Shown piece by piece: positions 1 to 9,181 of a DNA stretch of 24,735 nt. Within the stretch, counting starts at the first letter, position 1; the number at the start of each line of letters is the position of its first letter. The translations under genes were made by a program, and so were the position numbers. The DNA is taken from positions 1-24,735 of the forward strand of contig JANOTL010000023.1 of assembly GCA_031416315.1 (NCBI GenBank), read 5' to 3'. This stretch comes from Pseudomonadota bacterium. GTDB lineage: Bacteria; Bdellovibrionota_B; Oligoflexia; Oligoflexales; CAIYRB01. The notes beneath the pieces were generated by a model. The model worked only from the letters and a program-made list of their open reading frames with translations, searched no databases and was not told the origin of the DNA.

Positions 1-112
1 GGGGTGGTTTGTTTTTTTTGCGGTCCAACCCGGCCTGGGGCCTGCCTTAAATAATTTTCCTCCCCCCCCCCCCGCTTCCTGGCTTCCAGCTAAAAAATCA
101 AGCCGTCAAAGA

Positions 113-955
113 TCAGTTCTGCAGCAAGGTCAAAGCCAACTTCGGCACGCTGTTCGCTTGCTGGAGGACGGAGGTGCCGGCCTGCATCAGGATGTTGTGC
201 TTGGTCAGCTCGGCCGTCTCGTCGGCGATGTCCACGTCTTTGATGCGCGAGCGCGCCGCCGACATGTTCTCGATCGAGATGCCCAAGTTGCGGATCGTCG
301 ACGTCAGCCGGTTCTCGATGGAGCCGAGCTCGGCGCGCGTGGACGAGACGTTCTCGAGGGCGCTGTCGATCGCGGCGAGCGACCTTTGCGCGTTGACCTT
401 GGAGTTGACCGCGAGCTCCTCGAGCCCGAGGCGGTCGGTGTTGACGTCGAGCTTGAAGGCGTCGAAAGAGATCCGGTCGACGCCGAGCAGGTTCTCGCCG
501 CCCGTGTTGACCTGAAAATCGAGCGAGCCGCCGGTGCCGTCCAGGAGAAAGGTGCCGTTGAACTCGGTGCCGTTGGCGATCCGGTCGACCTCGTCTTTCA
601 AGGACTGATACTCGAGGTCGAGGTATTTCCGCTCTTGCGCGCCGATCGTATCGGAAGCGGCCTGGACACCGAGCTCGCGGAGGCGGACCAGGATGTTCTG
701 GACTTCGTTGAGACCGCCTTCGGCCACCTGGATGAGCGAGATGCCGTCGGAGGAGTTCCGCTGCGCCTGCACCAGGCCGCGCACCTTCGCCCGCAACTTC
801 TCGGAGATCGCGAGGCCGGCGGCGTCGTCGCCCGCGCGGTTGATGCGATAGCCCGAGGAAAGTCGCTCGAGAGAGCGGTCGAGGAGCTCGCGTGTCTCGC
901 GCAGATGCCTTTGCGACGTGAGCGACGAGACGTTGGTCGCGATCCTGAGACCCAT
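113..955 (-). CDS. fliC: Flagellin (short, 280 aa)
   Basis: N-terminus MGLRIATNVSSL, SLERLSSGYRINRAGDDAAGLAISE and C-terminal SRIKDVDIADETAELTKHNILMQAG are the conserved flagellin D0/D1 motifs. GGAGG RBS lies just upstream of the ATG at 955; the ORF-track start at 1150 is over-extended. Confidence 0.97.
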   Translation of the reverse strand: MGLRIATNVSSLTSQRHLRETRELLDRSLERLSSGYRINRAGDDAAGLAISEKLRAKVRGLVQAQRNSSDGISLIQVAEGGLNEVQNILVRLRELGVQAASDTIGAQERKYLDLEYQSLKDEVDRIANGTEFNGTFLLDGTGGSLDFQVNTGGENLLGVDRISFDAFKLDVNTDRLGLEELAVNSKVNAQRSLAAIDSALENVSSTRAELGSIENRLTSTIRNLGISIENMSAARSRIKDVDIADETAELTKHNILMQAGTSVLQQANSVPKLALTLLQN

Positions 956-1131
956 AGCTTCGCTACCTCCTGGGTGGCGATTCCGGCGATTCTTGCTTGA
1001 TCTGGGGAAATCGAGGACAAGGGGCTGAGAGAGGTCGAAGAAAGCTGGCGGCGAGGTTTGCTCTACTATTGACGATACCACGCTCATTCTTCGCGACACA
1101 ACGAAGACGAAAGAATCTCCTGGTGCCCCTG

Positions 1132-1911
1132 ATGCTGCGGAAACTCGCAAAGCTCGCGCAAAAACTCTTTATCGTCGTGGTTCTATGCCTCGTCTCGAGG
1201 ACCGGTTTCGGGCAGGGGAAAAGCGCCGTCAAACCTGCCGGCGACGTGACGGACCGCCGATTTTGGGCCTACCCGCAGGGCGTTCTGGTCACCGACTCGG
1301 GCGTGCGCGGCCTGGCGGTGAAGCGGCCGAAGGTGCGTCTTTCGCTCCAAAAGCTGGTGCGCACGCTCTCGACCGATCTGGAGGCGTGCCTTGCCACGGC
1401 ACGCGAGGCCGACTCGAAGCTGAAGGCTGGCGGCGCGCGCTACCTCTTCAAGCTCGAAGTCCAGGTCGAAGGGCCGGGCACGGTCGGGGCCGCCCTGATC
1501 ACGAAGCTCGCCGCGAGCGCCCCGCTGCACGACTGCGTCGACTCGTTGAGATTAGCGGCCGCCGCCGCGACTTTGGCGCCGATCGAAGCCGCCAAATGGG
1601 CCTCCGTCTCTTTGCAAGCGACGGTGATGACCGACGCCGAAGCGCAAGGTCGTGGATTCCAGTATTACCAAGGCGAGCGCGCGTGGGATACGAGCCTCCG
1701 CGAGAACCGGCACTGGCTCGCTTGCAAGCAACGCCAGGATTGCGTGTTGATCTACGAGGCCTGCGAGGTGATCTCGGTCAACGCCGCGCATGCCGAGGCG
1801 GTCGCGGACGCGGCGCGCCAGCGAAAGAAGGGAAGCTGCCGCGATCCCCACGAGCCGGTGGTGCTGACGCCGGTATGCCGTCAAGAGCGCTGCGGAGCCG
1901 AAAAAAAGTGA
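1132..1911 (+). CDS. Secreted hypothetical protein; possible AgmX/PglI C-terminal-like domain plus Cys-rich tail
   Basis: ATG 1132 gives a basic+hydrophobic signal peptide (MLRKLAKLAQKLFIVVVLCLVSRTGFG). The central VRTLSTDLEAC...FKLEVQVEGPGTV...LHDCV segment resembles TonB-C/AgmX-like domains. The tail has six Cys. Start and domain call are uncertain. Confidence 0.6.
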   Translation: MLRKLAKLAQKLFIVVVLCLVSRTGFGQGKSAVKPAGDVTDRRFWAYPQGVLVTDSGVRGLAVKRPKVRLSLQKLVRTLSTDLEACLATAREADSKLKAGGARYLFKLEVQVEGPGTVGAALITKLAASAPLHDCVDSLRLAAAAATLAPIEAAKWASVSLQATVMTDAEAQGRGFQYYQGERAWDTSLRENRHWLACKQRQDCVLIYEACEVISVNAAHAEAVADAARQRKKGSCRDPHEPVVLTPVCRQERCGAEKK

Positions 1912-2095
1912 TGCGGCCGAGCCGGCGAGAATAGGCAGCCGTGCGCAGCGCCGCGGACGATGAAGCAGACGTGAGGGTAAACGGGCTAGCCACAGGGTGG
2001 GGCGCAGGCGCACGCACAAGCAATAGGCACATGCGTATGGCGAGGAAAACGTCGACGGTGGGCCTCACGTCGCGTCCAGCATGACCGGACACACC

Positions 2096-3151
2096 CTAGC
2101 CCCCCGCCGCCCCCAGAATCCCCGGCGCATCCTTCTCCACCGGCTCGACCCTCGCCGGCACCAGCTTTCCGTGCACGCCCAAGAAGTCCGAGTACACCCA
2201 GTAGGCGCTCTTGTCCCCGTCGGGCGTCTTCTTGAACACCATCGAATCGAGCTTCTGGCCCTGCTTCTCGAACGTGACCGTCAGGAAGGCCGGCGCGGCG
2301 GCGAGCTTCGCTTCTTCGTCCGGCGAGGCATAGCCAGAGAGGCGGAGCTTCGCGACGCGGTCCATCCAGCCGTCGTAAGACGCCTTCGGCTGAGCGTTCT
2401 CCTCGTCATCGGTCCACAGGAGCTCGCCGTTCTTGTCTCTTTGGAGGTGGGCGAAGCGCTTGGCCTTGGCTCCGTCTGCGCCTTGCGCCAACGCATGCGT
2501 CGCGTCGACCAGCTCGAAGGCGACGATACGGCGGTCGTAGGCGCGGAGGTTGGCCTTCTCGAGGTTGTCCAAGCCCTCGTCGTCGACGAGGAGGACGCGG
2601 GCCCGCGAGGAGTCGCCGTCCTCGAGCGCGAAGCGGGTCTTCGTGCCGTAGCCGCGCTTGCCGAGGAAGAGCTTGTAGCCCTTGCCGTCGCTCGTCTTCA
2701 GCTCGAATACGTCGGTCCGATCCTTCAGGCCGAACTCCTCGAGCTGCTTGTCGTCGACCTTGCCGATCACCCGCAGCGCGTTGAGGGGCGCAAACATCTT
2801 CGTGAACTGCTCGATCTTCTCGTTGGCGAGGAAGCGCTCCTTGATCTCCACCGAAGGCTTCGGCGAAGGAGGCTCCGGCGCGGGCGCTCCCGGCAGGGCG
2901 GGGGGCGGCGGCGGCGGGGTATAAGGCGGCTCCACCTTGTTGAAGTCGACCCAGAAACGGCCGTCCGCGCGCTTCGCGACGGCGACCGTCGTGTCCTTGA
3001 CCTTATAGCTCATCGTCGTGACCTTCTTCGGCTCGAAGGTGACGATCGCGACTTTCTCGGCATCGCCTTCCGAACGCGGCAAAGAGGCCCAGTAGGCGAG
3101 CCCGAGGCTCGCGGCCAGCAAGATGCCATAGAAGCCGACATCACGCCGCAT
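2096..3151 (-). CDS. DUF4340-like periplasmic accessory protein of a Gld-type ABC system
   Basis: N-terminal membrane anchor, LEEFGL...FELKT...YKLFLGK pattern and a poly-Pro insert. Last gene of the gldA/F/G-like run; overlaps the upstream gene by 11 nt. Confidence 0.75.
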   Translation of the reverse strand: MRRDVGFYGILLAASLGLAYWASLPRSEGDAEKVAIVTFEPKKVTTMSYKVKDTTVAVAKRADGRFWVDFNKVEPPYTPPPPPPALPGAPAPEPPSPKPSVEIKERFLANEKIEQFTKMFAPLNALRVIGKVDDKQLEEFGLKDRTDVFELKTSDGKGYKLFLGKRGYGTKTRFALEDGDSSRARVLLVDDEGLDNLEKANLRAYDRRIVAFELVDATHALAQGADGAKAKRFAHLQRDKNGELLWTDDEENAQPKASYDGWMDRVAKLRLSGYASPDEEAKLAAAPAFLTVTFEKQGQKLDSMVFKKTPDGDKSAYWVYSDFLGVHGKLVPARVEPVEKDAPGILGAAGG

Positions 3152-5051
3152 CGCCCGCTCCCTTCTTCGACTTGACCGGATCGCGGTGGTCGCCCTCGCG
3201 CTTGCGGCGCGTCGCGATGAAGCCGGCGCCCAGGACGAGGAGCGGGACCACGACGACGGTGCCGTGGAACCAGATCGCGTCCTCTTTTTTCGTGTGGCGA
3301 ATCTTCACGTCTTCGGCGGTGGCCACCTCGCCCTGGAGCTCCGACTTGCCCACCAGCCATTTCAACGTGTCGACGAAGTAAACGGCGTTCGCCGGATTTT
3401 GCACGACCGCGTCGGCGATCGTCGTCGCGTCGCCGAAAACCGCCACGCGCGACAGGATCCCCGGCTTCTTTTCCTTCGGCTCGGAAGCCACGCCGATGAC
3501 GTAAGCGTCCTTCTTCTCGTCCGGGTCGGCCTTGTAGTTCTTGTTCTTGTCCGGGAAGGAGTCGGGCAGCGTGCGCACCGTCTCCGCGTTCTTCCATTTG
3601 CCGAGCTCCGGCGTCACGCTCCAGTAGCCCGTGCGATAAGCGAGAAGAGCGATGCGCTCGTCGTTGCGGCCTAGGCTGGTCACCGAATCGTGCGTCGTGA
3701 ACACGTTGGTCAGCAAGGACCAGACGTCCGAGGGCGCGTGGTTCGCCGGGTAGTAGTCCTTCTCGTTGCCAATCGGCACCTCGTTGTAGCGCAGCCCCAT
3801 CCCGGCCAGATACTGGCGCAGGGGATCGTCCGACAGGTCGCCCGCCGTCATGCCCGCCGTCTCCTGGGTGCCGCGGTCAACGTCGAGGAGGACGTAAAGG
3901 CTGCCGCCGCGCTCGACGTAAGCCTTGAGCTCAACAACCTCCTCCGGACGAAACGGCTGCGTCGGCCCGACGATCAGCACGGCGGAGGCGTCGTCCGGCC
4001 ATTTCTCCGCCGTGCCCTCGGCCATGCCGAAGAGGCGCGTCGTGTAGTTCTGACTGCGCAGGAAGCCTTCGATCTTGCGGAGCGAGCGCAGAGGATCATC
4101 CCCCGTCTCGCCGACCCAGCTCGCCTCGCCGTGGCCTCGCGTGAAGTAGAGCGTTTTCTTCTCCGAGGCGACCTCGAGAAAGCTCTTCTGAAACTCCTGG
4201 TCCAGCTCTTTCAAGGTTTTACGGGCCTTGGCTATGGTCGTGCCCGTCTCGATGCGCGACTTCTTGCCGCCGACGTCGAAGACGATCTGGCCGTTGCGCG
4301 AGACGCGGTGCTGCTCGGCCGCGGTCGGATTGACGTCCTTGTCGTAAGACTCGAGCTTCACGCGCGGCTCGGCGGCGGCGACCGCCGCGAAGTAGTCCGC
4401 GATGAGCGTGCGCACCTCGTTCCCCGGCGGATAGAAGAGCGCGATGGTGACCGGCTCCTTCACCGACTTCAGGATCGCGAGCGTCGACCCGGAGGGGGTG
4501 CGCGTCTTCAGATAGCTCCAGTCCGCCGCCTCGTTCTTCTTATCGGCGGCGAAGTTGATGCAGATCAAGCTGGCCAGGAAGAGGCCGACGGAGAGCCAAG
4601 CGCCGCCCGAGCGCAAGACGCGCATGGGCTCGGCGTTCGGCCCGCGGCCGCTTTCGCGCAAGGCCCATTCGGTGCCGGCGCCCATGAAAAAGCCGAGTAG
4701 ACAACTGACGAGCCAGGCGGCGAGCAGCACTTTGTGCGCCGCCGTCTCCGGCGCGCCCGTCGGCCCCAGAGACTTGCCGTAGGCGATGTAGAGACCCATG
4801 CCGGCAAGCACGAGGACTTGCCAGAGGGACGCGATCTTGAAGCTCTTGCCTTCGTTCGCGAGCCCTTGATTGCCGACGAAAAAGGCCCGCGCGATCGTCG
4901 CGAGGAGCCCGGCCCCCGCGAGCGCGAAGGCCACGATCCGCAGCTTGGCGTTGTAGGTCTCTGCGCCGAGGTAGCGATCGGCCGCGAAGAGGAGCGCAAA
5001 GCCGACGAGCGTGAGGGGAAGGCGGATCCATCCGCACAGCTTGGTCATCAT
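3141..5051 (-). CDS. GldG-like ABC transporter auxiliary component
   Basis: Motifs LYFTRGHGE, VLIVGPTQPF..EEV..LKAYVERGGSLYVLLD, RVAVFGD, N..YFVDTLKWL; several N-terminal TM helices and one C-terminal TM helix. Confidence 0.88.
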   Translation of the reverse strand: MMTKLCGWIRLPLTLVGFALLFAADRYLGAETYNAKLRIVAFALAGAGLLATIARAFFVGNQGLANEGKSFKIASLWQVLVLAGMGLYIAYGKSLGPTGAPETAAHKVLLAAWLVSCLLGFFMGAGTEWALRESGRGPNAEPMRVLRSGGAWLSVGLFLASLICINFAADKKNEAADWSYLKTRTPSGSTLAILKSVKEPVTIALFYPPGNEVRTLIADYFAAVAAAEPRVKLESYDKDVNPTAAEQHRVSRNGQIVFDVGGKKSRIETGTTIAKARKTLKELDQEFQKSFLEVASEKKTLYFTRGHGEASWVGETGDDPLRSLRKIEGFLRSQNYTTRLFGMAEGTAEKWPDDASAVLIVGPTQPFRPEEVVELKAYVERGGSLYVLLDVDRGTQETAGMTAGDLSDDPLRQYLAGMGLRYNEVPIGNEKDYYPANHAPSDVWSLLTNVFTTHDSVTSLGRNDERIALLAYRTGYWSVTPELGKWKNAETVRTLPDSFPDKNKNYKADPDEKKDAYVIGVASEPKEKKPGILSRVAVFGDATTIADAVVQNPANAVYFVDTLKWLVGKSELQGEVATAEDVKIRHTKKEDAIWFHGTVVVVPLLVLGAGFIATRRKREGDHRDPVKSKKGAGDAA

Positions 5052-5061
5052 CGAGTGGCCC

Positions 5062-5799
5062 TCACCCTTTCCATCGACGTCCCTCGAGCGCCCTTACGGA
5101 GCATTCGAGGAAGAAGACGATGACGCTCAAGTAGTAGACGATGTCCCGCGTGTTCACGATCCCCTGCGAGAAGGGCGTGAAATGCCGGTTATGGATCGAG
5201 AGGTAGCCGAAGAGCTCCTTGAAGGGCGGCTCGACGATGTCGGCGACCATCCAAAGCACGAGCAAGGTCACCGTCAGGAGCGCCCCGGTCACCGCGGCCA
5301 CGAGCTGGTTCGGCGAGATCGTCGAGGCAAAGAGCGAGATCGAGATCGTGGCGCAGCCGATCAGCATCAGGACCAAATAGCCCGAGGCGAGGTGCCCGAT
5401 CGAGACGCGACCGTTGATGAAGATCAGGGCCGGCAGATACAGGGAGAGCGCGTGAATCACCAGCGCGAAGAGCGCGGCCGAGAGGAATTTCCCGTAGACC
5501 AGCTGCCGCTCCGAGATCGGCGACGTGAAGAAGAGGACGATCGTGCCGTTCTGCTTCTCCTCCGCCACGAGCCGCATCGCGAGGAGCACCCCGGCGACCA
5601 TCGAGATCCCGGAAGCGAAGTAGAAGAAGTCGCCAAGGACGTCGGCGGAGAACTTGGCCCCGCCCCCGATCGCGAACGCGTTGAAGAGGAGGCCGTCGAT
5701 GAACAGCGCCGCCGCGCAAATCACGTAGCCCATCCAGGTGGAGAAGAAGGCGCCGAGCTCTCGGCCCGCCACCAGAAAAACCTTATTGATGCCCGTCAC
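5062..5799 (-). CDS. ABC-2 type permease, GldF-like
   Basis: RELGAFF, MRLVAEEKQNGTIVLFFTSPISERQLVYGKFL, F..GIVNTRDIVYYLS; about 6 TM helices; GTGA overlap with the ATPase stop. Confidence 0.92.
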   Translation of the reverse strand: MTGINKVFLVAGRELGAFFSTWMGYVICAAALFIDGLLFNAFAIGGGAKFSADVLGDFFYFASGISMVAGVLLAMRLVAEEKQNGTIVLFFTSPISERQLVYGKFLSAALFALVIHALSLYLPALIFINGRVSIGHLASGYLVLMLIGCATISISLFASTISPNQLVAAVTGALLTVTLLVLWMVADIVEPPFKELFGYLSIHNRHFTPFSQGIVNTRDIVYYLSVIVFFLECSVRALEGRRWKG

Positions 5800-6746
5800 G
5801 GCTTTCCTCCCGCCTCGCGGCCGCCATCCTGACGAATCAGCTTCATGAAGAGTCCCTCGAGCCCGGCCTCTGTCCGCGAGAGCCCGATCAACCCCGCGCC
5901 GGAGCTGACCACGGCCTGCGCCACCTTGCTGCGCACGTCGGCGGAGGTTGTCACGGTGAGGCGCGGCTTGCCAACCACGTCGGAAGTCTTGACGTCGAGC
6001 ACGCCGTCCAGCGAGCGGACCGCCTCGATCAAGCCCGGCGTCAACGCCTCGACGTCGCAGTGCAGGTGCATCGACTGCGCCATGCGTCCCGCGAGCTCCG
6101 CCTCCGAGCCCTCCGCCACGAGCTGCCCCCGATCCACGATCAGAATGCGGTCGCAGGTGCGCGTGATCTCCGAAAGGATGTGGCTCGAAAGGACGACCGT
6201 GTGCCTGCCTTTCAGCGAGGTCACGAGGTCTCTCATCTCAACGATCTGAACGGGATCGAGGCCGTTGATCGGCTCGTCGAGGATGATCACCTTCGGATCG
6301 TGGACGAGGGCCTGCGCGATCCCGACCCGCTGGCGGAAGCCGTGCGACAGCTCGCCGAGGCGCATGCGCGCGACACGCACCGTGTCGGTCTGCCGCATGA
6401 CCTGGTCGACCCGGCCCGAGACCTGGCCCGAGGGCACGTTCTTCAGCTTGGCCACGTAGCGCAGGTAGGACTCGACCCCCATCTCGTCATAGAGAGGCGG
6501 CGTGTCCGGCAGGTAGCCGATGAGCTTGCGGATCTCCTCCGGCTGCTGATCCACGGAGAAGCCCGCGACCCTCGCCGTCCCGGCCGAAGGCAGGAGGAAG
6601 GAGCCCAGGATTTTCAGGATCGTGCTCTTACCGGCGCCGTTCAGCCCGAGAAGGCCGACGATCTCGCCCTGCTTGATGTGGAAGCTGACGTTCGAGATGG
6701 CTTTGTGGCCGGCGTAAACTTTACTGAGGCCAACGGCTTCGATCAT
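5796..6746 (-). CDS. ABC transporter ATP-binding protein, GldA-like
   Basis: Walker A GLNGAGKS, signature LSHGFRQR, Walker B IILDEP, H-loop SSH. Confidence 0.95.
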   Translation of the reverse strand: MIEAVGLSKVYAGHKAISNVSFHIKQGEIVGLLGLNGAGKSTILKILGSFLLPSAGTARVAGFSVDQQPEEIRKLIGYLPDTPPLYDEMGVESYLRYVAKLKNVPSGQVSGRVDQVMRQTDTVRVARMRLGELSHGFRQRVGIAQALVHDPKVIILDEPINGLDPVQIVEMRDLVTSLKGRHTVVLSSHILSEITRTCDRILIVDRGQLVAEGSEAELAGRMAQSMHLHCDVEALTPGLIEAVRSLDGVLDVKTSDVVGKPRLTVTTSADVRSKVAQAVVSSGAGLIGLSRTEAGLEGLFMKLIRQDGGREAGGKP

Positions 6747-6781
6747 GCCCGCCCTCGCCTAAAATCTTCGGTCTTTCCCGA

Positions 6782-6810
6782 AAGATGCCGGCCCCGACGC
6801 GACAAGTCAA
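6782..6810 (-). promoter_or_regulatory. Candidate sigma70 promoter for the Gld-type ABC operon
   Basis: Minus strand TTGACT-17 nt-CATCTT, ending about 35 nt upstream of the ATG at 6746. The -10 match is weak. Confidence 0.35.
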
Positions 6811-6855
6811 CGCCTTAAAGGTTTCGAGGCCCGGGGAACTGCGCTGGCCGATTGC

Positions 6856-6864
6856 TGCTATGAT
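6856..6864 (+). promoter_or_regulatory. Candidate extended -10 element
   Basis: TGCTATGAT (consensus TGnTATAAT) ending 6 nt before the ATG at 6871. Confidence 0.4.
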
Positions 6865-6870
6865 TTGAGG

Positions 6871-8013
6871 ATGGAGCCTCGCTACCGCATTCTCATGGTC
6901 GACGACGTCACGCGTTACCACTCTCTATACGAGATGGCGATCACCGACGCGCTGCCTGCCGAGGTCCTTTTCGCGGTCAACGGCATCGAGGCTCTGGAGA
7001 AGCTGCAGTCGCCTTTGCCGTTCGATCTCTTGATTCTCGACCTCAACATGCCGAAGCTCGGCGGCGAGGAGACCCTGCGCCGCATCCGCCAGGATCCGAC
7101 CTTCGACACGATGCCGGTGATCATCCTGACCGGTGACACCGATCAGGACACGCACCGCCGTCTGCTCGACCTCGGCGCCGACGACTTCGTCGAGAAGGGC
7201 GCGCCGCCCGAGGTGTTCGTCTCGCGCCTGAAAGCGCAGATGCGGCACAAAGTCGCGCTCGACCGGCTGACGCGCGTCGCCGTCGACATGGACATCTTCG
7301 CCGCCGGCGTCTTGCACGACATCAGGAACCTCGAGACCAACATCCTGACCGTCGCCGAGCTGACACGCGAGTACTTGGGCGAGGACCCCGTCGGCCACAA
7401 AGACCAAATCATCGCCGATTTCGCCTCCCTCACGAGCCGCGCCGACAGCCTCGGCCGCTACGCCGCCGAGGTGATCCAGATGGTGCGCGAGACCCGCCGC
7501 GAGCTCGTGCTGACGCCGCAGGATCCGTGGCCTTACATCGAATGGGCGATGAAGATGGCGGCCCCGCAGCGTAGCGGCAAGACCGAGGTCAAGCTCAACT
7601 GGAAGATCAACGGGCCCCTCGCCTCCGTGATCGCCGACCGCCGCTTCCTGCAGCTCGCCGTCCTCAACATCGTGCAGAACGCCGTCAAATACCGCCGCCC
7701 CGGCGAGAACGCCGAGCTCGTCGTCGGCCAGCTGCCGGGCCGCCCGGAGTTCACCCGCCTCCACGGTCCGAGCGTCGTCATGACCTTCCGCGACAAGGGC
7801 GTCGGCATCAGGCCGGGCGAGCTGCGCAAGGTCTTCGAGCCTTTCGTCCGCGGCGAGGGCAGGACCAAGAAAGAAAGCGGCTTCGGCTTGGGCCTCGCGC
7901 TGGTGACCAAAGTGATGACGGCGATGAAGGGCCGCGTCTGGGCGGAGCTGCCGCCGGAAGGCCCGGGCGTCGTCTTGTGCCTCGAGCTGCCGGTCGCCGA
8001 GGGCGCTGCATGA
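6871..8013 (+). CDS. Hybrid response regulator/histidine kinase (REC-HisKA-HATPase_c), cytoplasmic
   Basis: REC: ILMVDD, LLILDLNMP, ILTG, FVEK. H-box GVLHDIRN, N-box LNIVQNAVKY, G1 FRDKGVGI, F-box VFEPF, G2 GFGLGL. Confidence 0.93.
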   Translation: MEPRYRILMVDDVTRYHSLYEMAITDALPAEVLFAVNGIEALEKLQSPLPFDLLILDLNMPKLGGEETLRRIRQDPTFDTMPVIILTGDTDQDTHRRLLDLGADDFVEKGAPPEVFVSRLKAQMRHKVALDRLTRVAVDMDIFAAGVLHDIRNLETNILTVAELTREYLGEDPVGHKDQIIADFASLTSRADSLGRYAAEVIQMVRETRRELVLTPQDPWPYIEWAMKMAAPQRSGKTEVKLNWKINGPLASVIADRRFLQLAVLNIVQNAVKYRRPGENAELVVGQLPGRPEFTRLHGPSVVMTFRDKGVGIRPGELRKVFEPFVRGEGRTKKESGFGLGLALVTKVMTAMKGRVWAELPPEGPGVVLCLELPVAEGAA

Positions 8014-9170
8014 GCCTGCCGCCGGCGTTCCAGATCCTCTTCGTCGAGGATCAAGTGCGGCATCAAAAGGTCTACGCGACCGCGATCGAGGAAGCCCTCC
8101 CGGTCAGCGTGCGCTTCGCGATGACCGGCAACGCCGCGCTCGCCGCGATCGATGATTCGGGCGAGCCGCCTGACCTCGTCGTCCTGGACTTGGACATCCC
8201 CGGCGTCAGCGGCAAGGAGGTGCTGGCCAAACTGCGCGCCCCCGACCGTTCGCGCTACATCCCCGTCATCATTCTCACCGGCTCCGGTGGCCTGGAAAAG
8301 CAGCTCGAGCTCCTGGAGCTGGGCGCGGACGACTTTCTCGAGAAGGGGATGGCGCCGGAGATCCTGATCGCGCGGATGCGCGCGCAAATGCGCCACAAGC
8401 TCGCGATGGACCGGCTGGAGCGGATGGCCCTCGACCGGGACCTCTTCGCCGCCGGCGTCCTCTCCGACATCGGCGGGATCCGCGGCCAGATCACCACGAT
8501 CTGCGGCGAGGTGCGCGGGCTCATGGAGAAGGATCCGGTCGCCGGCCAGACCGAGACGCTTCGGCTCCTGGACCGGCTCTCGTCCGTCGCCTCGAAGCTC
8601 GGCGCGTACGCCGCCGACGTCATCCAGACGGTGCGCGACACGAGCCGCGCGGCCGCCGCCGAGCCGCAGGACCTCGCGGCCCACCTCGAGTGGGTGCTCG
8701 ACGTGCTCGGCGCCAACACCGAGGGCAAGCCGCGCCTCGTCTTCACCGGCATCAAGGGCCTGGCGCCGGTGCTCGGCGACGCGAATTTCGTCCGCCTGGC
8801 GCTGCTCAACGTGGCGCAATGGGCCCTGAAACGCGAGGGCGAGCTGACGACTCCCGTGATCACCGTGACGCAGAAGACCAAAAGCGCGGCCATGGATCCC
8901 GAGGGCAGAGTCATCGTCTCGACGCGCTTCAGCGTCGGCGGCCCGCGCCCGACCTCGCGCGAGCTGGAGCGCACCTTCACGACGCAGCCGCCGCCGCCCT
9001 CGGCGAGCCGCGAGGATTTCAGCGCCGCGGGACCCGAGCTCGGCTTGGGCCTCTCGCTCGTCGGCAAAGTCATGAGTAAGATGGGCGGCAGGGCCCTGGC
9101 CGAGCCGCGCCCGGGCGACGAGCCCGGGCTCGAGGTCGCGCTCGAGCTTCCCGCCGTCCCCGTCATATGA
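8010..9170 (+). CDS. Paralogous REC-pseudo-histidine kinase
   Basis: ATGA overlap with the upstream gene. REC is intact (FVED, VVLDLDIP, ILTG, FLEK). H-box reads GVLSDIGG, N-box LNVAQWALK, G1 FSVGGPRP; LGLGLSLV is retained. Confidence 0.88.
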   Translation: MSLPPAFQILFVEDQVRHQKVYATAIEEALPVSVRFAMTGNAALAAIDDSGEPPDLVVLDLDIPGVSGKEVLAKLRAPDRSRYIPVIILTGSGGLEKQLELLELGADDFLEKGMAPEILIARMRAQMRHKLAMDRLERMALDRDLFAAGVLSDIGGIRGQITTICGEVRGLMEKDPVAGQTETLRLLDRLSSVASKLGAYAADVIQTVRDTSRAAAAEPQDLAAHLEWVLDVLGANTEGKPRLVFTGIKGLAPVLGDANFVRLALLNVAQWALKREGELTTPVITVTQKTKSAAMDPEGRVIVSTRFSVGGPRPTSRELERTFTTQPPPPSASREDFSAAGPELGLGLSLVGKVMSKMGGRALAEPRPGDEPGLEVALELPAVPVI

Positions 9171-9181
9171 ATGGATAGGAC

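Noticed and set aside
1..112. Homopolymer runs (T8, C12) at the window start
   Set aside because: Looks like low-quality contig-end sequence; no supportable element.
158..1000. 280-aa plus-strand ORF opposite flagellin
   Set aside because: Antisense shadow of a GC-rich gene with no recognisable motifs.
1169..1176. Minus-strand GACGATAA as a sigma28 -10 for flagellin
   Set aside because: No TAAA-like -35 at the right spacing; far upstream and inside another CDS.
1778..2092. 104-aa minus ORF after the DUF4340-like gene
   Set aside because: Overlaps the convergent gene, has no clear RBS and looks non-coding in composition.
6844..6859. TGGC...TGC as a sigma54 promoter
   Set aside because: GG to GC spacing is one base short of the strict -24/-12 requirement.
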